Part shown: one piece after another, positions 7,792-19,862 of the stretch
Numbering within the stretch: position 1 is the stretch's first letter
Layout of the letters: every line of letters starts with the position of its first letter
NCBI GenBank assembly: GCA_039630575.1
Contig: JBCNUW010000027.1
Span: 275 to 21,213, forward strand
Direction: 5' to 3'
DNA from: Candidatus Hydrothermales bacterium
GTDB lineage: Bacteria > Hydrothermota > Hydrothermia > Hydrothermales > JAJRUZ01
DNA length: 20,939 nt
Notes under the pieces: generated by a model
Database searches by the model: none
Seen by the model: only the letters and a program-made list of their open reading frames with translations
What the model was told of the DNA's origin: nothing
Translations under genes and position numbers: made by a program

Positions 7792-9537
7792 TTCTTCTCC
7801 TGCAGCTGTTACCCTTAAAACTTCTTCAAGGGTTGTAATTCCCTTTTTAATTTTTATTATCCCGTCCTCTCTTAGAGTATGCATTCCCTCTTCTCTTGCT
7901 ACCTCTCTTATTTTATCCGATGTTGCGTTGTTTAAAATCATTTCTCTTATCCGAGGAGAAATTGGCATAACTTCATATATACCTATTCTTCCTTTATATC
8001 CTGTATTATTACAGACCTCGCAACCTTCACCTCTATAAAATTTTATACTTGAAATTTCATCTTTTGGAATACCCAACTCAATTATAAGTTCAGGATCATA
8101 ATTGACTTCCCGTTTACATTTCTGACAGATCCTTCTTACAAGTCTCTGTGCCTGAATTAATATAACCGAGGAAGAAATTAAATAGGGTTGTATGCCAAGA
8201 TCAACTAATCTATCTATTGTTGTTGGAGCATCGTTTGTATGGATTGTAGAGAAAACAAGATGACCGGTTAAAGCAGCTCTTATTGCTATTTCTGCTGTTT
8301 CTGAGTCTCTTATTTCTCCTACAAGTATCACATCTGGAGATTGTCTTAGAAAGGCTCTTAAAGCTGAAGCAAAGTCAAGGTTGACTTCCCTGTTTACCTG
8401 CACTTGATTTATGCCCTCTATGTTATATTCTACTGGATCTTCTATCGTTATAATTTGTCTGTCAGGTGTATTAATGGAAGAAAGTGCTGAATATAGGGTT
8501 GTAGTTTTTCCACTACCTGTAGGACCTGTTACAAGTATTATACCAAATGGGGAATTTATAGCTCTTAAAAATCTCTGTAAGTCATTCTCTTCAAATCCTA
8601 AAACTCTAAGATCTAGTGAAAGTCCGGATTTATCAAGAATTCTCATTACTACCTTTTCTCCGAATATAGTTGGAACTACTGAAACGCGAAAGTCTATAAT
8701 CTTTTCATTACTATTTTCATCTTTCAGTTTTAGCTGTATTCTACCATCTTGTGGTTTCCTTCTTTCGGAAATATCTAAGTTAGGACTACACATGAGTTTT
8801 ATCTTTGAAACTATTCCTGTAGAAAGCCTATTAGGTAAATCAGCATAAACTTGTAAAACACCGTCTATTCTAAACCTTATTCTTAAAACTCTCTCAAAGG
8901 GTTCAATATGAATATCTGAAGCCCTTTTAAACACAGCATCTTTTATTATTTTGTTAACTAATTTTGTTATATGAGTATCCTTACTTAATTTTAAAATTTC
9001 TTTTTCATCAAGAGCTTCCTCATATTCTTCTAATGCTATTTCCTCTATATCAAAAGGTGTAGCTTCTTCCTCTTTTTCTTTTATCTCCTCTATTTTTGCT
9101 ATTTCTTTTTTATAACCTGGATAAAATCTTTCTAAAGCTCTTCTTAGAGAGGATTCGGCAGCTATAACAGGTTCTACATCAAGTCCAGTAATAAATCTTA
9201 CATTTTCTAAAGCTTGAATATTTGAAGGGTCTATCATCGCTAAAAATAAAATATTTGCTTTTCTTGCCAAAGGTAATACTTCATAATGATAGCAAATATC
9301 AGCTGGAAGAAGTTTCAAAACTTCTTCAGGTATCTTTATATCTGTAAGATCCATAGCAGGAACACCAAGCTGTTTAGCCAAAACCTCAACAAGTTGTTTC
9401 TCTGTTATATATCCAAGCTCAACAAGGGTTGAGCCTAATCTTTTTCCAAATTCTTTTTGTTTTTTTAAAGCTTCTTCAAGTTGTTCCTTGGTTATTAAAC
9501 CATACTTTATAAGAAGTTCACCAATTTTAAGCGGCAT
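7789..9537 (-). CDS. pilB: Type IV pilus extension ATPase PilB/GspE (copy 2) with MshEN N-terminus
   Basis: KIG..L...G.I...QL..AL..Q / RLG..L..LG tandem motif, ASDIHIEP, PQDGR, GPTGSGKTTTLY, RQSPD..GEIRD, TGHLV.ST.HTN, CQKC/CEVC zinc site. Confidence 0.93.
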   Translation of the reverse strand: MPLKIGELLIKYGLITKEQLEEALKKQKEFGKRLGSTLVELGYITEKQLVEVLAKQLGVPAMDLTDIKIPEEVLKLLPADICYHYEVLPLARKANILFLAMIDPSNIQALENVRFITGLDVEPVIAAESSLRRALERFYPGYKKEIAKIEEIKEKEEEATPFDIEEIALEEYEEALDEKEILKLSKDTHITKLVNKIIKDAVFKRASDIHIEPFERVLRIRFRIDGVLQVYADLPNRLSTGIVSKIKLMCSPNLDISERRKPQDGRIQLKLKDENSNEKIIDFRVSVVPTIFGEKVVMRILDKSGLSLDLRVLGFEENDLQRFLRAINSPFGIILVTGPTGSGKTTTLYSALSSINTPDRQIITIEDPVEYNIEGINQVQVNREVNLDFASALRAFLRQSPDVILVGEIRDSETAEIAIRAALTGHLVFSTIHTNDAPTTIDRLVDLGIQPYLISSSVILIQAQRLVRRICQKCKREVNYDPELIIELGIPKDEISSIKFYRGEGCEVCNNTGYKGRIGIYEVMPISPRIREMILNNATSDKIREVAREEGMHTLREDGIIKIKKGITTLEEVLRVTAAGEE

Positions 9538-9539
9538 AG

Positions 9540-11390
9540 TTATTCAATTTTTGTTTCTTTTAACACCTCTTCAGGTGTAGTTATTCCTTTTAAAATTTTT
9601 CTTATGCCTGTTTCTCTCAAACTTATCATTCCTTCCTCTAAAGCAGCTTTTTCAATCTCAAAAGTGGGGGCCTTTTTTAATATGAGTTCTCTAATCTTTT
9701 TCGTAATAGGCATTACCTCAAATAAGCCTGTTCTTCCTTTATAACCTATTCTAAAGCATTTTTCGCAGCCTTTTCCTCTATAAAATTTAATACCTTTAAA
9801 TCTATCAGGGTTATCAGGTGAAAGATCAAATAAAACAGACTCATCTGGGGTGTATTCTTCCTTACAGTTTTCACAAATTTTTCTAACAAGTCTCTGGGAA
9901 ACTACCACAAGAAGGGTGGAGGCAATCAAAAAGGGCTCAATTTCCATATTTATTAAACGTGTTATAGTAGCCGCTGCAGTATTGGTATGAACTGTAGATA
10001 AAACAAGGTGTCCTGTAAGTGAAGCTCTTATTGCTATCTCTGCTGTTTCAAGATCACGGATTTCCCCAACCATTATGATATCAGGGTCTTGTCTTAAAAA
10101 AGCCTTTAGTCCTGCTGCAAAAGTCATTCCTACACTTTCCTTCACTTGAACCTGATTTATACCATGGAGAGTAAATTCTACCGGATCTTCAACAGTTGAA
10201 ATATTAACATCTATTGAATTAAGCTCCTGAAGGGCAGAGTATAAAGTTGTAGTTTTCCCACTACCTGTAGGTCCTGTAACAAGAATTATTCCGTTTGGAT
10301 TTTTTAAAATTTTTCTAAATATCTTCAGAGATTCCTCTTCAAAACCTAAAACGTCTAAACTAAGCTCAATTGCGGACCTATCAAGTATTCTCATTGCAAC
10401 CTTTTCTCCATATACAGTTGGAATAACGGCAACACGCACATCTATTCTCTTATCACCCATTTTTAGTCTAATTCTCCCATCCTGGGGTTTTCTTTTTTCC
10501 TCTATTTTCATTTTTGATACACCCTTTATTCTGGCAACAATTGGTCTTATTAATTTTACATCTCTTTTTAGAACTTCTTGAAGAACTCCATCGATTCTAT
10601 ATCTTACTCTGAGCTCTTTCTCATAAGGTTCGATATGAATATCTGAAGCTCTTCTTCTTATTGCTTCATAAAGAATTGCATTTACAATTTTTACAATGGG
10701 AGATTTTTCATCCTTTATGGAGGTAATATCTTCTGCTTCGTCCTCTACTTTTTCAGGTGCAAGTTCTATATCATCTCCGTACACAAGAATTTCTTCGATA
10801 CTTTGCTCTGATTCAGAACTCTTTATTTCTGCTTTATTTTTTGATCCCTCAATCAGTTCTTTTGTTTCTTTTCTTTCAATTTGAGAACTACCAGTTAACA
10901 CTTCAATACCCATATCTTCACTTTCAATTTTTGCAATTTGATCCATCATGTCTTCAATCTTGTAGTATTTTTTTATTGCTTCCTTAATAAAGTCTTCAAG
11001 AGCAATAAGTGGTATAACTTCAAATTTTGTTAAAAATCTTACATCTTCAATTGCAAAGTGATCTTCTGGATTAGCCATTGCCAAGAACAACTTGTTCCCC
11101 CTTACTGCCAATGGAACAACATCATATCTTGCAGCAACATGGGCTGGAATAAGTTTTATAACCTCATCTTGAATGCTTTCAAAATGTCTCTTTTTTGCTA
11201 CTGGCACGTTTCCAAATTGTTCAGATAGAACCTTTAAAATATCATCCTCTGTTGCATAACCTAATTCAAGCAATATTGACCCGAGTCTTTTTCCGTTTCT
11301 TTTCTGCAATTCAAGTGCTTCCTTTAGTTGTTCTTCTGTTATAACTCCTGCATCAATAAGCATTTCACCGATTCTTTTTATCCTTTTCAT
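9540..11390 (-). CDS. pilB: Type IV pilus extension ATPase PilB/GspE (copy 1) with MshEN N-terminus and a long acidic linker
   Basis: RIG..L...G.I...QL..AL..Q / RLG..L..LG tandem motif, ASDIHIEP, PQDGR, GPTGSGKTTTLY, RQDPD..GEIRD, CENC/CEKC zinc site. Confidence 0.93.
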   Translation of the reverse strand: MKRIKRIGEMLIDAGVITEEQLKEALELQKRNGKRLGSILLELGYATEDDILKVLSEQFGNVPVAKKRHFESIQDEVIKLIPAHVAARYDVVPLAVRGNKLFLAMANPEDHFAIEDVRFLTKFEVIPLIALEDFIKEAIKKYYKIEDMMDQIAKIESEDMGIEVLTGSSQIERKETKELIEGSKNKAEIKSSESEQSIEEILVYGDDIELAPEKVEDEAEDITSIKDEKSPIVKIVNAILYEAIRRRASDIHIEPYEKELRVRYRIDGVLQEVLKRDVKLIRPIVARIKGVSKMKIEEKRKPQDGRIRLKMGDKRIDVRVAVIPTVYGEKVAMRILDRSAIELSLDVLGFEEESLKIFRKILKNPNGIILVTGPTGSGKTTTLYSALQELNSIDVNISTVEDPVEFTLHGINQVQVKESVGMTFAAGLKAFLRQDPDIIMVGEIRDLETAEIAIRASLTGHLVLSTVHTNTAAATITRLINMEIEPFLIASTLLVVVSQRLVRKICENCKEEYTPDESVLFDLSPDNPDRFKGIKFYRGKGCEKCFRIGYKGRTGLFEVMPITKKIRELILKKAPTFEIEKAALEEGMISLRETGIRKILKGITTPEEVLKETKIE

Positions 11391-11407
11391 TCCTTATCTA
11401 TTTTATA

Positions 11408-12601
11408 TTAAACTTTATAGATCAGTTTTCGCAACTCATTCAATATAAAATGGGAACTTTTAAATTTTATCTCTTCTCTTTTACCTCTGAAAAGCTTTTT
11501 AAATACTAAAGTTTCTTTCTCATAAGAAATAGCAAGGTAAACTGTACCAACCGGTTTTTCTTTTGAACCACCTGTGGGTCCTGCTATACCAGAAATGGAA
11601 AGACCAAAATCAGTGTCAAACAGTTTTCTAACACTTTCAGCCATTTTCTTTACAACAGGTTCTGATACCGCTCCATAATTTTTGAGATCTTCCTCTTTTA
11701 CACCAAGAATCTTTTTTTTAATCTCATTTGAGTAGGCAATTACTCCGCCTATGAAATACTCTGAACTACCTGGAATATCTGTAATTCTTGAAGATAAAAG
11801 TCCTCCTGTACAACTTTCTGCTGTGCTTATTTTTTTCCCTTTTTCTTTAAGTAACCTTCCGACAACTTCCTCAAGTAATATAGGTCCTTCTGAAGAAATA
11901 TCATCCATAAATGTTTTATATAAAAAATCTTTTGTTTCATTAACTTCTTCTCTTTTCCCCTTTACACCCAAAATTACTCCACCTGTGTAAGGTAGAAAAA
12001 AGAGAAGATTTAAGTTTACCTTTTCTTTTAAAACATCTTGAATTTCAATTTCCTTTTTGAAAGGTAAATCAAAATATATAACTTTATGATCTTTTTTAGG
12101 TTCAAAATCCTTTAATATTTTCTCAAGGGAGTGTTCAAATTCATTTTTTGGACCTGGTAGTGAAAAAATTTTTTTCCCCTTTTTTTCAACTAAAAATGAA
12201 TGGGCTAATCCGATCTCATTTATATAAATTTTTGCACCCTTTGGAAAAAGTCCATATTTTTTATGCTCTTTTTCAGAAAGTAATGGTTCTCTTTTTTTTA
12301 AATCATTAAAAATGTCCTCTCTGAATACAAGCTCTATGTTAAAAAATTCTGAAATAGATTCTCTTGTAATATCGTCTATAGTAGGACCTAATCCTCCTAT
12401 GGTAAATAAAGTATCAGTTTTTTCTAAGCAAAAGGAAAGAGCCTCTTTAATAGATTCTTTTGAGTCTTTAGCTGTTACGTGAATTTCAACTTCTTCTCCT
12501 AATTCTCCTAACTTTTTAGCAAGATAATAAAAATTTGAATCGACTCTGTATCCGCTTAAAATTTCATTGCCTATGGTGATGCAAGATATTTTTTTATTCA
12601 T
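11408..12601 (-). CDS. cinA: CinA-family bifunctional protein (COG1058/MocF-like domain plus PncC NMN deamidase)
   Basis: GNEILSG...DSN, GGLGPT.DD.T, LPGP; C-terminal [40 protein letters not shown]. Confidence 0.93.
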   Translation of the reverse strand: MNKKISCITIGNEILSGYRVDSNFYYLAKKLGELGEEVEIHVTAKDSKESIKEALSFCLEKTDTLFTIGGLGPTIDDITRESISEFFNIELVFREDIFNDLKKREPLLSEKEHKKYGLFPKGAKIYINEIGLAHSFLVEKKGKKIFSLPGPKNEFEHSLEKILKDFEPKKDHKVIYFDLPFKKEIEIQDVLKEKVNLNLLFFLPYTGGVILGVKGKREEVNETKDFLYKTFMDDISSEGPILLEEVVGRLLKEKGKKISTAESCTGGLLSSRITDIPGSSEYFIGGVIAYSNEIKKKILGVKEEDLKNYGAVSEPVVKKMAESVRKLFDTDFGLSISGIAGPTGGSKEKPVGTVYLAISYEKETLVFKKLFRGKREEIKFKSSHFILNELRKLIYKV

Positions 12602-13191
12602 GTAGGAGCCTTGCTTGAAAGATGTCTTATAACCATCTTTGCTATTTCTTTTAATGTTTCGAAAACTCCTTTTCCAATGGTGGCAACTGCTTCATAATAA
12701 GGTACACCATCTTTGTTTAAGTTTCTTTGTAGGTCTTCAATTGGAGCTGCATTTGGTAGGTCTCTCTTGTTATACTGTATTACATAGGGTATATCTTCAA
12801 TTTTTAATCCGTATGTTTCAAGATTTTCAAGCATGTTCTCAAAACTTTCAATATTTTCGTCCATTCTCTCGATCTGAGAATCAGCGACAAAGACTATTCC
12901 ATCAACGCCTTTTAAAATCAATTTTCTTGAGGCATTATAAAAGACTTGACCAGGAACTGTATAAAGATGAAATCTTGTTTTAAAACCTCTCACGTTGCCA
13001 AGATCTATTGGTAAAAAATCAAAGAACAAGGTTCTTTCCTGCTCTGTAGCAACAGAGACAAGTTGTCCTTTAAGATCTGGTGAAAGTTTTTCATATATGT
13101 ATTTTATGTTTGTAGTTTTTCCAGAAAGACCCGGACCATAATAAACTATTTTAACATTAATTTCTCTTGATGCGTAATTTATTAGAGCCAT
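12598..13191 (-). CDS. mglA: MglA small Ras-like GTPase (cell polarity/motility)
   Basis: [60 protein letters not shown]; very close to the Myxococcus/Thermus MglA pattern. Confidence 0.97.
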   Translation of the reverse strand: MALINYASREINVKIVYYGPGLSGKTTNIKYIYEKLSPDLKGQLVSVATEQERTLFFDFLPIDLGNVRGFKTRFHLYTVPGQVFYNASRKLILKGVDGIVFVADSQIERMDENIESFENMLENLETYGLKIEDIPYVIQYNKRDLPNAAPIEDLQRNLNKDGVPYYEAVATIGKGVFETLKEIAKMVIRHLSSKAPT

Positions 13192-13197
13192 AATTTT

Positions 13198-13682
13198 TTA
13201 AGGTCCAAAAAGTTTATCAAGTTCTTCTTCAGCTTCTTTTAAAAAACTTTTATCAAAAACCTCTTTAGGTGGGGTAACTTTTAATTTTTCAAAAAGTTCG
13301 TCAAGTACATGTTCTAATTCCTGTGAAGCATGTTTTGTTCTAACTTTCACCAGTCCCAGAGTTGTTTTTGAATCAAACAGAACTGCAAGAATAACCCTAT
13401 TTGCTACAAGTGAAATAAATAAAGAATTTTTTTCTCCTTGATGGTAAAGAGAAGAAAAGTTTTTTTCTCCAATCAGTTCAGCAAGCTGACTTGTTGCACC
13501 GAAATCTGCTGCAGATAGTGTAGCAAAAGAAACAATATCAAGACCACTAATATCTCCAATTGAAGTTATAAGTTGTCCAGCTTTATCAATAAGCAAAACT
13601 GCATTTGAATTTGAAGTTTCCTTTAGCTTTTTCAGTATTGTCTCAACTTTTTTAAAACTTTCCTCAATATATTTATATTCAC

Positions 13683-13686
<4 letters not shown>
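13198..13686 (-). CDS. mglB: MglB roadblock/LC7-domain GAP for MglA
   Basis: LLIDKAGQLI, FATLSAADFGATSQLA.LIGE..F..LYHQGEK, FD..TTLGLV, acidic C-terminal helix ending LDKLFG; directly upstream of mglA. Confidence 0.94.
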
Positions 13687-16563
<2,877 letters not shown>

Positions 16564-16567
<4 letters not shown>

Positions 16568-17214
16568 GCTTTATTCCCCTTTATAACATTCAGTGGGTCA
16601 GAAGTTCCGATTCTTTCAACTCCCATCTCTATTAGGATACTTGCGAACCCAAAAGATCTGATTCCTCCTGATGCTTTAATTTTTACGCCATTTTTTAAAG
16701 ATTTTTTTATTATCCTGATATCAGAAAGCCTTACTCCCCTTGAAAGAAAACCTGTTGAAGTTTTAACAAAATTTGCTCCACCTTCACATACTAATTTTGT
16801 AGCTAGAGAAATCTCGTCTGCAGTCAAAAGTCCACATTCAATTATTACTTTTAAAATTTTTCCATTTGAAATCTTTGCTACCTCCTCTATTTCCCTTCTT
16901 ACTTCTTCATAGTTACCGTCCTTGAATTTTTGGATATTCATTACCATATCAATTTCATCGCATCCCAATTCAAAAAGTTTTTCAGTTTCCTTTTTTTTAA
17001 AGTCCTTATTTTTATAACCAAAGGGAAAATCGCAAACAGATATAAGTTTTATTTTTGTATTTTTGATAAGTTCTTTAACCTGTAAGACTCTGGAAGGAGG
17101 CACACATATTCCAAAAACTTTAAGTTCGATAGATTTTTCTACAAATTCCTTATATTCTTTCCAAGTTTTTTCAGGCCTTAAAAGGGTTGCCTCTATATAT
17201 TTTTCTATTTCCAT
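16564..17214 (-). CDS. deoC: Deoxyribose-phosphate aldolase
   Basis: TLLRP, FPFG, DEIDMVMN, LKVIIE, FVKTSTGF (Schiff-base Lys), IKASGGIR, RIGTS. Confidence 0.95.
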
Positions 17215-17229
17215 ATAATAAATTATAAC

Positions 17230-17835
17230 TTAAAGTTTAAATAGATAAAAAATTGTCCCGAAAATGTTTATTTTCTCTTTAATTTTATAATTTCTTGAAA
17301 ATTCCCTTATTTTTAAACCTAGTATACTCGACCTTAAAAAGTTATATTCTGGAAAAAAAATTGATAGTATATAAGTGAAAAAATAAATGTAAGGAATTAA
17401 AACAAAAGAAAAGGGAGTAGAAGGTCTAACCATTTCAAGAATGTATATTTCACCGCTATTTTTTAGAATTCTTCGTGTTTCTCTTAAAAATAATTCTTTC
17501 TGTTCTATGTTCCTCCAGAGAAAACTGCTCACAACATAATCAAAACTTTTGTTCTTAAAAGGTAAAAAGTTTGCATCAGCTCTAACATAAAAGATTTTTT
17601 TATTTAAAAGTCTTTTTTCAAGCATTTTTTTAGAAATTTCAATTGCAAAAATTTTTTTTACTTTTTTTCTTTTACTTAAATACATCGAAAGCTCACCTTT
17701 CCCTGCTCCTACATCGCAGATTGTACCTGATACCCTTTTTGACAAAAACCACCTTGAATAATGGTCTACTCCTAAAGAAAAAATAAGGTTAATTATGTCA
17801 TAAATTTTTGCTATTTTGTCGAATCTACTATTCAT
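17230..17835 (-). CDS. UbiE/MenG-like class I SAM-dependent methyltransferase (201 aa; start revised from 17964)
   Basis: MNSRFDKIAKIYDIINLIFSLG matches the UbiE/MenG N-terminus; also DVGAGKG, ADANFLPF...SFD, RN...L.E..RILK..G...ILE. ATG at 17835 makes an 8-nt ATGAATAG overlap with the pilD stop. Confidence 0.85.
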   Translation of the reverse strand: MNSRFDKIAKIYDIINLIFSLGVDHYSRWFLSKRVSGTICDVGAGKGELSMYLSKRKKVKKIFAIEISKKMLEKRLLNKKIFYVRADANFLPFKNKSFDYVVSSFLWRNIEQKELFLRETRRILKNSGEIYILEMVRPSTPFSFVLIPYIYFFTYILSIFFPEYNFLRSSILGLKIREFSRNYKIKEKINIFGTIFYLFKL

Positions 17836-18580
17836 TAACAAATATTTTATAAAATAAGTAATGATGGTTGGGGTATATAAGGTAGTATAAAAGGATTCCA
17901 AGAAAAAGAAAAGGTAAAAGTGGTAAATATCTATTTCCCCTTTTAAAAAGTAGAAATAAACCAACTAAGGAGCCTAAAAGAAAGGATAGAAAGAAAGTTA
18001 AAATTAAGTCAAACCCCCTTATATAGGCTGCTATTAGGGCAAAAACATAAGGATCTCCCTCACCTAAGGCTTCCTTTTTAAAAAAAACTGAACCAAGCCA
18101 TCTTAAAAGAATACCAAATAAAAAAGCTAAAAAGGAGTAAATTATTGACTCTATTAAATGATTGTTAACAGAGGAAATTATAAAAGCGACGTAAAGGGAT
18201 GGAAAAAGAATAACATCGTAGATGTATCCTGTCTCGTAGTCAATAAATGCCATTAACATTAAAGAATAGGTTAATAAAACTGTTTCAATCATTTTAACGG
18301 AAATACCAAACTTTTTATATGCTAAAAGGAATAAAAGTGCTGTTAAAAGTTCTACTAAGGGATATCTAAAACTTATTTTTGATTTGCAGAATCTACATCT
18401 ACCCTTTAGTAATATGAAACTTATTATGGGAATGTTATCATAGAATTTTATTTTATTTTTACAAACAGGACAGAAGGAAAATGGTTTTATTATTGATAGA
18501 CCCTTTGGTATTCTATAAATAACTACGTTTGCAAAACTACCGAAACAAAGACCTAAAATAAAGAAAAAAAAGTTATCCAG
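17828..18580 (-). CDS. pilD: Prepilin peptidase/N-methyltransferase (A24A); start extended from 18292, probable CTG start
   Basis: The frame stays open from 18292 up to a TAG at 18586-18584 and encodes GLCFGSFANVVIYRIP, SFCPVC, YDNIPIISF..LKGRCRFC...IS.RYPLVELLTA (PilD N-domain). The C-terminal part has FIDYE and LGEGD (catalytic Asp pair) and YLPLLPFL. Confidence 0.9.
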   Translation of the reverse strand: MDNFFFFILGLCFGSFANVVIYRIPKGLSIIKPFSFCPVCKNKIKFYDNIPIISFILLKGRCRFCKSKISFRYPLVELLTALLFLLAYKKFGISVKMIETVLLTYSLMLMAFIDYETGYIYDVILFPSLYVAFIISSVNNHLIESIIYSFLAFLFGILLRWLGSVFFKKEALGEGDPYVFALIAAYIRGFDLILTFFLSFLLGSLVGLFLLFKRGNRYLPLLPFLFLGILLYYLIYPNHHYLFYKIFVNE

Positions 18581-19862
18581 CAGCTAATACCCTGTTTTTA
18601 CCGCTTTCTTTTGCCTTATAAAGGGCTTTATCTGCTTTTTCAATTAGAGTCTTTCCATCTTCAGCATCATCAGGAAAAACTGCTACTCCTCCAGAAATTG
18701 TTAATTTTCCGCCTGGTTGTTTCTCTTCCTTAGGGAATTTTGTTTTTTCTATAATTTTTCTTATCTGGTCTCCATAAGTTAATGATTCAAACTTGTCTCT
18801 TCCAGGTAAAAGAACAACAAATTCCTCACCACCGTATCTTGCAGGAATGCCATAAACTGCTTCTGCTGTTTTCTTTAAAATTTTTGCAATCCCTCTTAAA
18901 AGCTTATCTCCCATTGGATGTCCATTTGTATCGTTGTATTTTTTGAAAAAGTCGATATCGAGCATGAAAATTCCAACTTTATAACCATCCTTTTTTGCTT
19001 TTATTAATTCTTTTTCTAATCTCTCCATAAAGTATCTTTTATTATAAATCCCTGTTAAACCATCTGTATCAGCCATTGTTTGTATCTTTTCGAGAAGCAT
19101 TGCTGAGTTAAGTGAAAGGGCTGTAAGTTCAGATATCATCTGTAGAGCCTCCATTGATGTTCTCAAAGCTTCTTCCTTTGTTTCTTTGACAGAGATACCC
19201 TGTATTTTTTCTTCCTTAATCCCTGACACAGCTACTACTCCAAAGGTTGTAGCATGGTAAGTAAGAGGAGAGATGATTTCATAATCTACACCAAAGGGAT
19301 CTGCAAGATAGGTTTCTGCAAGTCCATCTACCAAGGCATCTTGAAACATAGTATCTTTGTCCATGATGTACCTTTTTTTTGCTACATAACCTATGGGTCC
19401 CTCTCCAAGATTATAAACAAGATCACCTTTTTTAAAAGTTTCTTTTCCTGTTAATGTTTTATGTTCATAAAGAACATATTTAAGACCCTCTTCAGTTGGT
19501 GTAAAGTAATATACATTTTCAACATTTAATATATTCTTTGTTTGCTCTAAAACAAGATAAATGATGTCTTTTTCTTCCCTTAGTTCACTTAAGGCTCTTG
19601 CAAGGTTGATTACAGATTGTATCATCCTTTTTCTTTTAGAAAACATTAAATTAAGCTCATCAATTCTGTTTGTTAGTTCCTTTACCATATTTTCATGAGT
19701 ATCCCTTAGACCTTTTAAACGCTTCTCAAGTTCAGTAATTTTTTTATTTTTATCTTTTATTTTTCCTCTTAAATCAGAAATAATAATTAAAAAAATTATT
19801 AAAATCCCTAAAAATATAGTTATAACTAAATAAACATTTTCCCTTAAGAGTTCGTTTATCAT
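18573..19862 (-). CDS. Membrane-anchored diguanylate cyclase (TM helix, coiled coil, GAF-like, GGEEF)
   Basis: Hydrophobic VYLVITIFLGILIIFLIII, heptad-like charged segment, GEGPIGYVA/ISPL...TFGVV (GAF), DGLTG..N, LDIDFFKKYND.NGH..GD, RYGGEEF; no RxxD I-site. Confidence 0.92.
   Translation of the reverse strand: MINELLRENVYLVITIFLGILIIFLIIISDLRGKIKDKNKKITELEKRLKGLRDTHENMVKELTNRIDELNLMFSKRKRMIQSVINLARALSELREEKDIIYLVLEQTKNILNVENVYYFTPTEEGLKYVLYEHKTLTGKETFKKGDLVYNLGEGPIGYVAKKRYIMDKDTMFQDALVDGLAETYLADPFGVDYEIISPLTYHATTFGVVAVSGIKEEKIQGISVKETKEEALRTSMEALQMISELTALSLNSAMLLEKIQTMADTDGLTGIYNKRYFMERLEKELIKAKKDGYKVGIFMLDIDFFKKYNDTNGHPMGDKLLRGIAKILKKTAEAVYGIPARYGGEEFVVLLPGRDKFESLTYGDQIRKIIEKTKFPKEEKQPGGKLTISGGVAVFPDDAEDGKTLIEKADKALYKAKESGKNRVLAAG

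Noticed and set aside
7166..10290. Repeated nucleotide stretches (e.g. ctacctgt-gg-cctgt-acaag) in three places
   Set aside because: They encode the shared LVTGPTGSGK motif of PilB/PilT paralogs and are not a repeat element or CRISPR.
12095..12114. Plus-strand AGGTTCAAAATCCT resembling the T-arm motif
   Set aside because: 8-nt loop, antisense, and inside cinA coding sequence; probably chance.
17836..17964. N-terminal extension of the methyltransferase in the ORF track
   Set aside because: Overlaps the pilD C-terminus; family similarity begins at Met 17835.
18293..18572. Apparent 280-nt intergenic gap or pilD pseudogene
   Set aside because: It is an uninterrupted in-frame PilD N-terminal domain with no stop or frameshift.
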